A DNA stretch of 38,008 nt from Saprolegnia diclina VS20. Lineage: Eukaryota. Shown here piece after piece: positions 20,700 through 32,518 of this stretch. The stretch is from NCBI RefSeq assembly GCF_000281045.1, contig NW_008246075.1:999229-1037236 (forward strand), given 5' to 3'. Made by a program: the position numbers and the translations under genes. The notes beneath the pieces were generated by a model. It saw only the letters and a program-made list of their open reading frames with translations, searched no databases and was not told the DNA's origin. The stretch's first letter is position 1. The number at the start of each line of letters is the position of its first letter.

Positions 20700-22049
20700 A
20701 TGTCGTCCCGCCAGGTGCTCATCCTGGCCATGGTCGCTGCGCTCCTTAGCGTCGCGATGGCCGCGCGCACGGCCGTCTTCCTCGACGAGGCCGAGACGCC
20801 CGAGACGACCGAAGCCTCGGCCTTCTTGGCGCAGCTCTCGGCCCGCGGCCACGAACTGAGCTACTTTAACGAGAAGAGCGCCGGCTTTGCGCTCAAAAAG
20901 TACGGCGACGCGCTCTACGACAACGTCGTGATCCTCTCGCCAACGCTCAAGACGCTTGGCGCCACGACGCTCGGCAAGGATGCGCTCCTGACCTTTGTGG
21001 AAGACGGCGGCAACGTCATCGTTGGCGGCAGCATCCGCCTCTCCAAGATGTTGCGTCAGTTTGCGCTCGAGTCGGGTGTCGAGTTTGAGAAGAAGGGCAC
21101 GATCGTCATGGACCATGTCCATCACCTTGCGGACCCGGCGGATACGTACCACTCGCTCATCGCGACGACCAAGTGGATTGACTCGAGCATTGTCGTCAGC
21201 GACAAGGTCCTCAAGGCGAAGAAGCCGATTGTCTACAATGGCATTGGCATGACGCTCGAACCCTCCAACATCCTCGGCTTCACGGTCTTGTCGGCCGAGC
21301 CGACCGCCTACTCGGCCGCGCCCACCAAGGAGATCCGTGAGTCGCACGAAGTGGTCATTGGCTCCAACGTCGGGCTCGTCACGGCCATCCAAGCCCGCAA
21401 CAATGCGCGGTTAATCTTCACCGGGTCGCTCGACATCTTTAGCAACGCGTATGTGACCTCGGACACGTACGGCAACGGCGCCTTTGTCGCCGCCGTGAGC
21501 GCGTGGGGCCTTGGCGAGCGCGGTGTTTTGCGCGTCTCGAACGTCCACCACGCGCGCAAAGACGGGTCGCTGCCCGACAAGATGCTCAACGAAGTCGAGC
21601 GCCCGGACCAGCCGCTGACGCTGTACCCGGACGCCGAGGTCGCGCGGGACTCGCTCGTGTACCGCATCAAGGACAACTTGACGTACTCGTTTGACGTGGC
21701 CGAGCTCAAGCACGGCGCGTGGGCCCCGTTCGCGGCCGACGACGTCCAGCTCGAGTTTGTCATGCTCGACCCGCACGTGCGCAAGACAATGACGCACAAC
21801 GGCGACGGCCGCTTCAGCGTCACGTTCACCGCGCCGGATGTCTACGGCATCTTCCAGTTCCGCGTCATGTACCGCCGCATCGGCTTCTCGACGCTGCACT
21901 TTACGACCCAAGTGTCGCTGCGCCCGTACAAGCACGACGAGTACGAGCGCTTCATCCCCGCGGCCTTCCCCTACTACGCGTCGGCGTTCTCGATGATGGC
22001 CGGCGTCCTCGTCTTCAGCGTCGTGTTTTTGTATGGCAGCGACAAGTAG
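20700..22049 (+). CDS. WBP1: Oligosaccharyltransferase 48-kDa subunit (WBP1/OST48/DDOST)
   Basis: Signal peptide; motifs QARNNARLIFTGSLDIFSN, YRIKD, DDVQLEFVMLDPHVR, PDVYGIFQFRVMYRR and RPYKHDEYERFIPAAFPYYASAFSMM; C-terminal transmembrane helix. Confidence 0.96.
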   Translation: MSSRQVLILAMVAALLSVAMAARTAVFLDEAETPETTEASAFLAQLSARGHELSYFNEKSAGFALKKYGDALYDNVVILSPTLKTLGATTLGKDALLTFVEDGGNVIVGGSIRLSKMLRQFALESGVEFEKKGTIVMDHVHHLADPADTYHSLIATTKWIDSSIVVSDKVLKAKKPIVYNGIGMTLEPSNILGFTVLSAEPTAYSAAPTKEIRESHEVVIGSNVGLVTAIQARNNARLIFTGSLDIFSNAYVTSDTYGNGAFVAAVSAWGLGERGVLRVSNVHHARKDGSLPDKMLNEVERPDQPLTLYPDAEVARDSLVYRIKDNLTYSFDVAELKHGAWAPFAADDVQLEFVMLDPHVRKTMTHNGDGRFSVTFTAPDVYGIFQFRVMYRRIGFSTLHFTTQVSLRPYKHDEYERFIPAAFPYYASAFSMMAGVLVFSVVFLYGSDK

Positions 22050-22209
22050 AGACGACAGCGATCGCATCCTAATTCCAATACACTGTCTTGCCCGCTGGAT
22101 CCTGTGCCGNNNNNNNNNNNNNNNNNNNNNNNNNNNNNNNNNNNNNNNNNNNNNNNNNNNNNNNNNNNNNNNNNNNNNNNNNNNNNNNNNNNNNNNNNNN
22201 NNNNNNNNN

Positions 22210-23007
22210 GCTGGCTCGCAACAGCTGCCTGCGCCTTCATGTGCGGCCCATTGTCAAGCCCGACTCCCAGGCCGCCATGGCAGGTTCGCCATCACAACGC
22301 GACCAAGCTATTGACCCAAATGAAGCCAGCTGAAGCCCACCGCAGTCGCGCCCCGCCAAGGTCGCGCTTCCAGCTTCCGACCCGCCACTTGGACATCGAA
22401 GGCGACATTTACAAGGCACTTGCTGCCGTCGCCTTGGCTGCCGAGCTCCGACTACCCGACGCCATCTTTCCCAAGTACGCCGTTTTCGTCGACCAAGTGA
22501 TGTGCCGTCAAGTTCCACGCTCATTTGCACTGACTCGGCCGACCTAGTGTACCTCTTTTGCCCCGAGCACGAGACGTACCACCACTTCCTCGTCGACTGT
22601 AGCTTTATCAAGGACGTGGGGAGCTTGCCGACAGCGCTCTCGGGCTACCTCTACTCGACGCCTACGACCGCCTCCAACATGCAACGAGCCGTGTTCCGCT
22701 ACCGCTGGCCAGTGCTCCGCGCCTGCGTCTGGTTCAACGTCTGGCGCGTCCGGAACGATCGCGTCTTTCGCGCCGACCTCCCACTGCCAAGTTAGCAATT
22801 GCCGTCAAGGCGGCGCGTGTCTCAACTGCACTTGCACCACAGCCCCGTAAAAGAGCTAAAGCAACCTGCTCTTCGTTGGCTCCTCGCACAACCAAGTGGC
22901 TGCGCCAACGCGCGCTCCTGCCTCCGTCTGCCTAGATCTAGATTCTCTACCGAGTGTTTACAACAAAGAAAGTCCGACAATTTTATCAAGAGTCAATTTA
23001 TCCATTT
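22210..23007 (+). mobile_element. Degenerate 3' end of a non-LTR retrotransposon (L1/Tx1-like zf-RVT region)
   Basis: LFCPEHETYHHFLVDCSF (zinc-knuckle-like) followed by WPVLRACVWFNVWRVRNDRVF, typical of the LINE ORF2 C-terminus. Contains stops and frameshifts. Ends close to the 3' flank of GH6 copy D. Confidence 0.72.
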
Positions 23008-23109
23008 CAACAACACACAAATTAGCCAAAACGTTGATGGATTATGCAGCTTGAAGGTATTATCGACTCAATGTCATGGCATCGGCCGCTACAGCGGCGT
23101 CCAGCGGCA

Positions 23110-24999
23110 TTAAGCACGGCGTAAACGCGAAGACGACCGGCTGCCCGAGACGGCTGTCGCACTCCAGATCTTGTTTTCAAGTTTGCTCTTGAGGTAGCAA
23201 AAGCCGTCGTTGATCGTGAAGCCGGCACATCCACCCGTTGCCGAGCACTTATCGCAGCAAAATCGGGCTTGGTTGTTGACATCACCACTCACCGGGTGCC
23301 GGGTGAGGTCGTTGCCGTAGTAGTCGGTGTTGGCCTCGGTCGTGCCGCACGATCCACTGGCCCGGCTGCCCGAAACGGCCGTCGAGCTCCAGTTCTTGTT
23401 TTCAAGCTTGCTCTTGAGGTAGCAAAAGCCGCCGTTGATCGTGTATCCGGCGCAGCCGTTCGTTGCCGAGCACTTGTCGCAACAATAGCTGGCTTGGAAG
23501 TTGGCGTCACCACTCACCGGGTGCCGGGTGAGGTCGTTGCCGTAGTAGTCGGTGTTGGCCTGCGCCGCGCCGCACGATCCACTGGACCGGCTGCCCGAGA
23601 CAGCCGTCGAGCTCCAGTTCTTGTTTTCGAGCTTGCTCTTGAGGTAGCAGAAGCCGCCGTTGATCGTGAAGCCGGCACAGCCGCTCGTTGCCGAGCACTT
23701 GTCGCAGCAAATGCTCACCTGGCCGTTCGCGTCACCACTCACAGGGTGCCGGGTAAGGTCGTTGCCATAGTAGTCAGTGTTGACCTCGGTCGCACCGCAC
23801 GACCCGCTCGCGCGGCTGCCCGAGATGGCCGTCCCGCTCCAGCTCTTGTTTTCAAGCTTGCTCTTGAGGTAGCAGAAGCCGCCGTTGACCGTAAAACCGG
23901 CACAGCCGCTCGTTGCCGAGCACTTGTCGCAACAGTCGCTCGCTTGGCCGTTCGCGTCGCCACTCACGGGATACCGAGTGAGGTCGTTGCCGTAGTAGTC
24001 GGTGTTAGTCTGAATCATGCACTGGCTGCTAGAAGGTGCCGGGGCCGGGGCCGGACCGGGATCTTGGCCGATCTTGGCTGCACCTCCCGACACAAAGTAG
24101 CCCTGGTTCCAGAGACGCTGGAAGCCGTCGGGAAAGAAGAGACCGGCGTCGGGACCGGCGCTCGAGTCGCTCGACTGGCCCACGCACTGCCCGTCCGACT
24201 CGCCGGGGACCTTGAGCCACAGAAAGTAGTCGACGAGCGGGTTGCCCGTATGGTCCGTCGGCGGCGCGCCAATCCCGGCCGACCGCGCGTTGCACCACTC
24301 GTTCTGCGGCGACCCGTTAAAGTTGCGCGACGTGTCAATGATGCAGTGGAGACCGCCGGTCTGGCTCGAGTACGACTGGCAGGCTTGGACCATCTGGGTC
24401 GTGCTCTTGTAGTTGGCCGTGTTGATTGAGACACCCGAGAGCTTGCCGATTTTCTTGAGGGCCTCGATCGCAGGCCCCTGGAAGGCCCAGCCCGCGATGT
24501 CGGCGTAAATCTGCGCGTTGCTGTTGGCCGAGAGAATGCTCACGGCCGCGGCGAGATTGGCTTGGTAGCCGTACTTTTCAGCGCACTTGTCGCCATCGCC
24601 AGTCGAGAGGAGGCCAATGGCGTCCGGCTCCAAAATGTAGATGACCTTGCGGCCGCCGACTCGGTCGGCCAAAGACTTGATCCACGCCTTGTACTGGTCG
24701 GCGTTGGTGTTCTTGCCGTTGCTCGAGCTCGACGCGCAGTCCTTCTGGGGCAGACCGTAGATGATGATGACAGGCGTGTCATTGGGGCACGCGGCCATGA
24801 GCTCATTGATCGAGTCACTGCCGCAGTCGACATACCAGTTGGCGACCGGGTACTGCTTCATCGTGTTGATGGCCGGCGCAAACTGCGGGTTGGTTTTCAC
24901 GGCGTCCGTGTACGACGGGGGTGCGAGGCCCTTGCAGATGGCAGACGAGACGGTCGAAACGGCAGCAGTGGCCAAGGCAAAGGCGAGACTGAGCTTCAT
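23110..24999 (-). CDS. Secreted GH6 cellulase with 4 PAN/Apple domains (copy D); complete, catalytic residues intact
   Basis: ATG at 24999, signal peptide, IYGLPQKDC, YILEPDAIG, WLKVPGESDG, four 225-bp repeats, RLRRA* end. Confidence 0.93.
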   Translation of the reverse strand: MKLSLAFALATAAVSTVSSAICKGLAPPSYTDAVKTNPQFAPAINTMKQYPVANWYVDCGSDSINELMAACPNDTPVIIIYGLPQKDCASSSSNGKNTNADQYKAWIKSLADRVGGRKVIYILEPDAIGLLSTGDGDKCAEKYGYQANLAAAVSILSANSNAQIYADIAGWAFQGPAIEALKKIGKLSGVSINTANYKSTTQMVQACQSYSSQTGGLHCIIDTSRNFNGSPQNEWCNARSAGIGAPPTDHTGNPLVDYFLWLKVPGESDGQCVGQSSDSSAGPDAGLFFPDGFQRLWNQGYFVSGGAAKIGQDPGPAPAPAPSSSQCMIQTNTDYYGNDLTRYPVSGDANGQASDCCDKCSATSGCAGFTVNGGFCYLKSKLENKSWSGTAISGSRASGSCGATEVNTDYYGNDLTRHPVSGDANGQVSICCDKCSATSGCAGFTINGGFCYLKSKLENKNWSSTAVSGSRSSGSCGAAQANTDYYGNDLTRHPVSGDANFQASYCCDKCSATNGCAGYTINGGFCYLKSKLENKNWSSTAVSGSRASGSCGTTEANTDYYGNDLTRHPVSGDVNNQARFCCDKCSATGGCAGFTINDGFCYLKSKLENKIWSATAVSGSRSSSRLRRA

Positions 25000-26340
25000 G
25001 GTTGTCCGCGTGGTCAAATTGAAAAATGAGACTCGAGCTCGTACCGATGAACCAAGTCGCTACAGTAGTACCTCTACGGCCCGGTTGACGGTTGAAGAGA
25101 GGGATGCATCCGTCTCCGACATTGTGTTGAAGTATCCGATCGGTCTGCACATTGCACGCAGATATCATTTGCTGGAATCCTATCAACGCAGCCCATTGGA
25201 TAAAACGATACGACGTAAGCCAATGAAACCGCTTGCGATCTTTGGGAAGCCAATCCACATCTCAAGCTGCATCCCCCCGCAAAACACAAAACGGGACGGT
25301 TGGCCACCAGCTGCACCTATTTGCACTCAACGCCACGACTGTACATCGACGACCTATAGCTATTTTAAGGTGCGCAGGGCATGCTCGAAGTTGCAGCTGC
25401 GTCCTATCGATGCGTGTTGCGATCCGCTTCTCAGCCGCTTGCAGAGCCGAAATACAGCACCAGAGATGAAGCTTCCAAAGAAACGCAGTGTCGACTCTCT
25501 CGGATACTCGAAGCTACCGATGAATGTGCTACGTTCGCCGATGCTGGATGCCTCGGCCAATGCGACGAGCAGACCTGCCTGCGAGCGTCACGTGGCCTAA
25601 TCGTCGAAGCCAAGGGTCAAAGAACATTCCATCGACCCTTGCGTTGAACCAAATACGAGTATTTGCGGTACATGTGTAGGTGCACTGGTGACTCTATCAT
25701 TCAATGCAGAGGCTCGCACGCCATGGCGACAGTCGTTCGTCCTGGACTCCTTTCCCCTAGCTCACTCCCCTTTGGCTTCAATGGGATGATGCAAGCAGAG
25801 ACCCACCGCATCGCATGGCGACCTTGATACAGTGTAGGTTGCCCACTTGCCGTGCAAGAGCGTCTCCAACTTGCAAATAGATCCTAACCAGAGGCTGCTT
25901 GGTTCACTCCACCATTCCGTAGCTTGTCGTGTCGTGCACTCCTGGGTGCCGGGTCTTCTTCCTCAATGTGAAGGTTTGGGCTTGCGCGATGGATTTTGTT
26001 GCATAGGATAGATCGTGACGCCACCAACCATTTGACGTATCGAGGTGGCCAGTGGGCTGCGATCGAACGGGAAGAGAGCTCGAGATGCAGCCGCAAGGAT
26101 CGTGAGAGGCAAGCGCACGCCGCTTCCATCTTTGCGGTCGTGCGTGCCAAATCTTTTGCAGTCCCCAGCGACACGAACGAATCTTCCGCGCAGCAAGCAC
26201 GTTTCACGACGCCGCCGCGATTGTTACGAGTTTGACGCACGTACAAAGTGCGATGGATCCTCCGCTTAGGTTCGATTTGCCTGGATAGTCGGGGACTACC
26301 TCGCAGGACTCATAACGTTGCGAGTATCGATGAGCCATTT

Positions 26341-26570
26341 CTCGCAGACGGCCGAGCAGACCAGGGCGTCGAACATGGTTTTGTTGCCTACCTGAAGCAT
26401 GGTGAGTGAGGTGCGTTGGCTCGTTTGCTCCGTCGGGCTGCTGACTGGTTTCAACTTGGCTTGTGTTCTGTGCCTGGACATTAATTTTTTCGACGCTTCC
26501 GCTGCTCGCGCCTGCTCGTCCCATCGCGCGGAACATCTCAACATTTCTTTCGCTTCTTCAAAATGGTTTT
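26341..26570 (-). repeat. Diverged dispersed repeat; inverted homolog of 37475-37716
   Basis: Exact blocks TTCCGCGCGATGGGACGAGCAG (26512-26533 minus; 37498-37519 plus) and TCTGCTCGGCCGTCTGCGAG (26341-26360 minus; 37697-37716 plus), with weaker collinear similarity between them. Confidence 0.75.
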
Positions 26571-26958
26571 TGCATCGGCTGTCCAGAGAGCTCCAAGTGG
26601 CCGGCAGCACGCATACTCGTACTTATATATATGTATATGACCGTAATTCGCGTTATCTTCATAATTATACACAAAGACTTCACATACGTAGCGCTGGATG
26701 CGTGGGAGTTGGCACCAGCACTTGGTCGTTGGGAGTGAGCTGCGTACGGAGAGATCCATCCCGTGGTGGACCCCACTCGCCGAGTCATAGCTCGCGCGAG
26801 GTCGTACGCAGGCTCCTGTACTCGGACCACCCGTACTTGTTAGTTCAACCAAGCAAACGGTGTAAGTGAACCAGCTTCGATGGTGCCTCGTGCCCAGAAC
26901 GGTTGCAACGACAGTCAGACTCGACGCCAAACCATTAAACGTAGTAGGAAAGGGAGTA

Positions 26959-28745
26959 TTATTGTACAATGGCGGGCGTGAGTCGAATGGGCGGCGGGTC
27001 CTTTAATACCAGAATGTCGTCGTCGTCGATGAGCTGGACGAGGGGCACGTCGCCAAGCAGCGTGCGGTTCAGTCCTTCCGAGCGCTCCATGACGTTGGTC
27101 ACATACGAGAGGTCGGTGAGGTCCGTGTGGCGCGGCGTGCCCTTGCTCACCGAGTAGCTCCGCGAGTTGCTCGCCGGGCGCGTCATCACGACGTCGGGCT
27201 CCCAATGGCCGCCGCCAAACGACGACGTTTCTGCCTTGAGAAACGAGTCGGACGCCATGCGCTTGGGCTTGGGCTTGTCGACGAGCGAGGACGTTGCGTG
27301 CGCCGACGGGATCTTTGGGAGGCCCACGAACGATGTTTCTGCCCTTAGGAACGAGTCGGACGCCATGCGCTTTGGCTCTTTTCCGACAAAGGACGACGAC
27401 GACGTCGTCGACATGGGCGTCGTCGGCTTTGGCCAATTCCCGACAAACGAAGACGATGACGGCGTCGACGCAGCGGTCGGGCGACTCCAGCCGGCGCCCG
27501 CAAACGACCCGGCCTGCGGTGTGTTTTTAGTCCAGCCCATCGACGACGAGGCGGTCGAGTCGTACGGCGAGCCTGCGATCGTGTAGTGCCGACTCAGGGC
27601 GTACGAGCGATACGAGGTCGCGCACGCCGAGCAGATGCGCGCCTTGCCTTCGCCGTGAACCGCCACTTTCTGGAGCTGCCACACGCGGCTGCACTTGTTG
27701 CACACAGCTTGCGTGCACGACTGGCAGCACTCGAGCTTCTTGAAGCGGCTCGTCGCGTAGCAGAGCGCGCAGCTCTTATAGTACGAGGCTGCTTTTGGGA
27801 CTTCCCAATGGCACTCGTGCTGCGTCTTGAGTGGCTGGTGCGAAAAGCGCAGCTTTTGGATCGAGTCGTAGAGCGACGAGACCGCGAGCATGCGCCGCTT
27901 GAAGAGCATCTTGCGCGCCCACGAGGCCATGCGGCCCTTGAGGTCAGCGGCGAAATGGTAGATGACGTCGAGCTCGCCGACGCGGTCGGTCTCCATGACG
28001 AGGAGGCCCGATTGGTGCAAATGGCCGCGCGCGAGCTGGAGCGTCGTGTCGGCGAGGCACGGCACGCTGTCGAGCGCGATCGACTGCTGGCACGAGACCC
28101 ACGCGCGCTTGCCGGACGGAAGCAAAATCTCATCTTGGGCCTAGTTTTGAAAAAACGCGTTTTATTCCAGAAAGGCCAGCATCAAACGGCAAACCAACCT
28201 CGAGGAAGACAAAGTCACGGGCGCGGATGAGCGCGGGCAGCGGACTCGACGCTGCGGCCCACTGAATGTACGTCTGCTTGAACGGCGACTCGGGCGTGCG
28301 CTCGTGGAGCGTGTACAAGGTCATGAGGTCGAGGAGCACATCGCGCTGGTGGAGCTCGACAAACTCGACGCAGTCGTCGCGTGTCTCAAAGCGGTAGAGC
28401 TGCGCGACCTCGTCGATTGTCGTGCCGCAGATCTTGGCGACGCCACGGAACGGCGTGACGCCTGCTGTGGCACATGAGCGCGAGAACGAGGCGTGTGGAG
28501 GTCGTACCTTTATGGAGGTTGAGGCCGAGGATGTCGCCTTCAAAGAGCTGGGCGCCGTCGTGCGTGCCCATGTCGCGCCACAGCATGGAGCGGTCGTCGG
28601 GCGTGAGCACCATGCTGGCAAAGGCGTCGATCATCGCATCGCCGTCGTCGCGAAAGCCATGGAGGCGCTGCGGCGTAAGTGGCATGCAGCCAAAGAACGT
28701 GCTTGAGAGCGGGTAGCAAAGGTCGTCGGACGACGACGACGCCAT
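26959..28745 (-). CDS. START-like domain plus degenerate FYVE-type zinc finger protein; 3 exons (28745-28508, 28461-28199, 28140-26959)
   Basis: GT-AG introns 28462-28507 (46 nt) and 28141-28198 (58 nt) join three track ORFs in frame. Motifs YIQWAAASSPLPALIRARDFVFLE and CALC...CQSCTQAVCNKC...RICSAC. Confidence 0.82.
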
Positions 28746-29338
28746 GGCTTCGCAAAGTGAGATACAAGAACGAGAATGATCATCATCATTGCCGCGCACA
28801 CCGTGACATGTGGGTGCCTCCGTAATGGGCCTGCTTTGGGTTGGGCGCCGGATGCAGCATTACGCGCGTGACCAATCACATCGACGGATATTTCAACCAA
28901 GTGGTCAGTCCAGCTGCGATGGCGGACGCGGTCCGCTCGAGGCAGCACGCCAGAGAGACGACAAAGACTACGCATGGGCAACGCCCCAGCAGCACCTGCT
29001 GTCCGCGAACGGGTCTGCTTAATTTTGCCAATGAAGGAGGAGCCAATCACAAGCGTTGCCGTCGTGGCCTTTGAGAGAGGGCCGTGGTGCGACTTTGGCA
29101 CTTCAAGAAAAGCTTGATATGCGCTGCAGTCGGGGTGCTACTCGCGCGCGAGTGCCTGACTGGCAATGTGCCGTCAGCCATGCATCATCGCACGTCGCGC
29201 TGCCACGTACGCAGATGAGATTGCACTTTCTATCCCGCCACCGTTCGCAAATCCAAGAGGTCTAACGCCAAGAACAGGGCATCCTCTCCCTTGGAGCAGC
29301 CGTAAGCACGCCAACCAGGCACAATGATTACTTGACGA

Positions 29339-29840
29339 CTATTCTTCGTCTTGATAATGATAGCGCGTGATTGTAGTCGGGAAGAAGCGGAAGAAGGCGC
29401 GAGGTTGAGAGGTTGCTGTGGCGCCAGAAGTAGCGGGATTCGTTGACGTGCGAACGAACATTACATGCACGGTTGATGCGCTGGAGAGTAGGATAGGGGT
29501 CATCGAATGGGCTGCACGTGATTTTTGTACGTGCATCGACAGCCACTCAATGACGCGTTCCATGACGGAGTGACCGACGCAAATCGCCCAGAAAGGTTAT
29601 GGAGCAGCGTTGTTCTTCTTGCCTATTCGTTGCGAGCAAAGCAAATCGCCCAAGAAGCCTGCAGCGCAAAGAACTCGAGTCTACGCAAGCGAGTCGGCAG
29701 CACTGTACGGTTTGCCAAGCGACAGGGTACGTAGCTTGGTCGAAGGTCGTAGAAAGATCAAGACGTTGTTGCGCATGGTACCGACTCTGGCACCCTCGCG
29801 CCCTCTCGGCACGCTCAATTTCTTCCTCCATCGGTGTCAA
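29339..29840 (-). pseudogene. Possible degraded oomycete bZIP-like gene
   Basis: N-terminal EEEIERAERARGCQSRYH resembles a decayed basic region; continues in a second frame. Weak evidence. Confidence 0.25.
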
Positions 29841-30952
29841 GTTGAACGGCTTGAAACCCGCAATCGTACAGTGGTGTCCGGGCTGCCAGGAATGGGCGAG
29901 GCGGGTTAGCTCTTGTCTGACGCAACCATTTTGGGTACTAGTATGGCTGGCTTGCTCGGCGCCTAGATCCTGGATCTGGTGTGCCTCTCAATGTGGTCTT
30001 CCAGATCGCTTTGATGTACGAATAACCGAAACCTCGTTCCCTTCTGGCAATGGCCCAATGATGCGTCCAGCTCATGATGCGATGTGTACTGTTGCTGTTG
30101 GCCCCTCCGCGCCCAAGCTCGCAAAAATGACGGATGTTAACTTTCGAAGGACAAGGCGATGGCCGACGGCACGATGGGACGATCGGACGTCTTTTGAAAG
30201 TCGACCGTCTCTTCTCGTTATCCCTTTTTTTGGTAGGTTTGCTAGTTTCCACAATTTCGTAACCGTCTACTGTTGGAGCCGGGCTGTGCTGTTGAAATGA
30301 GCGGGATTGTGAGGAATAAGGTACAGTAGCGCACACCAAGGGCATATCGCGGAGAGCGTTGCGCCCCGTGTTGTATGATGGCGTCGCCTGCAGCCATTGT
30401 CGGGCGTTGGGCGTCAAGCTTCATTTCATTTCAGCACAATGCACTTGACAGTCCGACCACGCAACGTACCCATTTCATGCACTCACTGCAAGCTATCACA
30501 TGCGACCTACAATGACCCGCCAAGAGCGTGGAAACGTCTCGGGAACCTTGGCGGCTCGCAACGCGAAATACCATTCGTCCATTCATTGCAGCATCTTTGG
30601 GAGTCGCCTCAAAGACTCTGCCAGCAAATAGCTGCCACAAAGTCGTGAATTTATCATTGAACGACTTTGCGCAAAGAGCCCTGCAAACCACCAAAAACCT
30701 ACCACGTTGCCCTGCAACATAGGTCGTAGCGATCAAAGCCGCTCCTTTCTTCGGTACGCCGTGAACGCTTTCTCCAGCGCCATGTCGTAATGCCATCGAT
30801 TGGCGCATTGCGCGCCAATTCGTTGATCGTATCATTTTACAACGTGCTTTCTGAGCGCTTCTTTTGTTTGTTATTTCTCCGTGTGTACCGCGGCCCCTGT
30901 TGTTGAAATGAGTTATTGTGAATTTCAGCGTTTGGCTATTCGAGGCACCAAA

Positions 30953-31181
30953 ACCTCGTTTTATTAAGCTAAATCGAGGTCGGACCTGGATTAGAGCGGA
31001 GCCCAGAGAAACTACACCAAATCCGACCCGCTTTGGGCCAAACCGGGTCGGATTTGGCACCGAGGGTTTATGATTATAGCATAAACCCAACCGCTGGAGA
31101 CGCAAAGTTTTATGGTGGATCTATTTTATTCGGTATCCGGACACATCCGTAATAACATAACATAAACCCAACCGCTGGAGA
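30953..31181. repeat. Cluster of palindromes and a 21-bp direct repeat
   Basis: 41-nt palindrome at 31017-31057; hairpin GGGTTTATG-7nt-CATAAACCC at 31064-31088; CATAAACCCAACCGCTGGAGA at 31080 and 31161. Confidence 0.75.
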
Positions 31182-32080
31182 TGCCCTGAGGGTGCGTGGT
31201 CGGGGCTCGGGATTGAGTGGGGAATGAGGTAGCGAATGGTCGGCGCGTAAAGCATGGGCGACTCGGCAAGCGAAGGCACCACGGCGCGGCGAGCTAAGTG
31301 CCGCATAAGCAATCGCGTGATAGTAGCGGCGATGATCATGAGCATCACGACTGTTGCCTTGCCATTGAAACATCCAAGGGCTCATGTGAATGAAAACCCG
31401 AGTTTCTCAATCTGAACATGAAATCCACTTCAACCGGCACCGATATCGGAAGGCCATGGACGTACATCCATGGGCCGTCGATTTTGGCTTGCGGAAAGTC
31501 CCTATGTGAAGGTGCTCACACCAGAACGCGCTGCCTTTACTGCAGTGTGAAGTGGAGAAGAGGGGCCGTCGCACGTCGGAACGACACAATCGAACGTTGC
31601 AGCAGATGTCTTTTTCCGTGCTCGACGCAAGTCCATTCCTTATCCCTCCACAGCCCGCTTTGCCCGTGGCTGGTGCCATCACACCCCATTTTCCTCTCGT
31701 CCGAGACGATACCACTTCGACTCCAAGGGCGATGCGAGCTCCAGGGGCAGCCAACCATGCAGTGCCGTGTCGAAAGTCTCGTAATGGCACAAGCACGCGA
31801 TCAGGTCGCCGATCGCTCGCCGCATCGAACCAAATTACTACTTTGCTCTTTTGAATGCGTTTCATTGGCAGCTGCCCCTTGCCTGCATACACAGTCGACT
31901 CCCCGTGGGACTCGACATTGTTTCAAATGACGACGCGTGTTTACGCCGCAAGCACGGTGGCTCGATCCGCCAAGAGCAATCACGAGCCGTCCGCAAATAT
32001 ATATCTAGACGGAGGAATAATCCTAGTCCACAAGACGCTTACAATAATTAACAACAAGTCACAACGCGCTGTCGCGGACG

Positions 32081-32518
32081 TTAGACGGCTTCGAGCCATG
32101 CGAGGTCGTAGCTCTCAATCCACTGCGGCGTGAAGGCGAGGACAAAGGCGTCCATACCTTCCTTGGGCACCTCGTTTTCGATAGCCACCGATGTGACGGT
32201 CGTGCGGTGGTGGCCTCTTGCGCTCGAGTCGGACGACGAGCTGTACGGGCTCCCATGCGGCTGCTGCTGTGGCCGCGTCTTGGGCGATGATTTTTGCGGC
32301 CAAAAATGGTGGTCCGGGCACGCCGCGTAGCCCTGTGTGAAGGCGTGGCATTTTGGGAACGAGCAGCGCTTGCGGGCGCCGTGCTTGACGCAGAGCTTGC
32401 GGGCGTAGACTTGGTTTTCGCAGCCAATGACCGAGCAGAGGCGGCGGTTCTTGTGAAATGCACACTTGTGCGAGTCGGGGAGCACGGGCTCGGAGCAGTC
32501 GCGAAACACACAGCGCAT
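32081..32518 (-). CDS. Small protein with three WRKY19-like Cys3His zinc-finger repeats (paralog 1)
   Basis: Three C-x4-C-x9/10-C-x2-H units (e.g. CSVIGCENQVYARKLCVKHG); C-terminal TPQWIESYDLAWLEAV; Inr-like TCAGTTTTCAATTTC upstream. Confidence 0.82.
   Translation of the reverse strand: MRCVFRDCSEPVLPDSHKCAFHKNRRLCSVIGCENQVYARKLCVKHGARKRCSFPKCHAFTQGYAACPDHHFWPQKSSPKTRPQQQPHGSPYSSSSDSSARGHHRTTVTSVAIENEVPKEGMDAFVLAFTPQWIESYDLAWLEAV

Noticed and set aside
23130..24020. Regular 225-bp repeats as CRISPR or satellite
   Set aside because: They are in-frame PAN domain repeats with no unique spacers, in a eukaryotic context.
31418..31930. Cys-rich 170-aa ORF as a fourth zinc-finger paralog
   Set aside because: Cys/His spacing does not match C-x4-C-x9-C-x2-H; it may be a decayed relic but cannot be supported.
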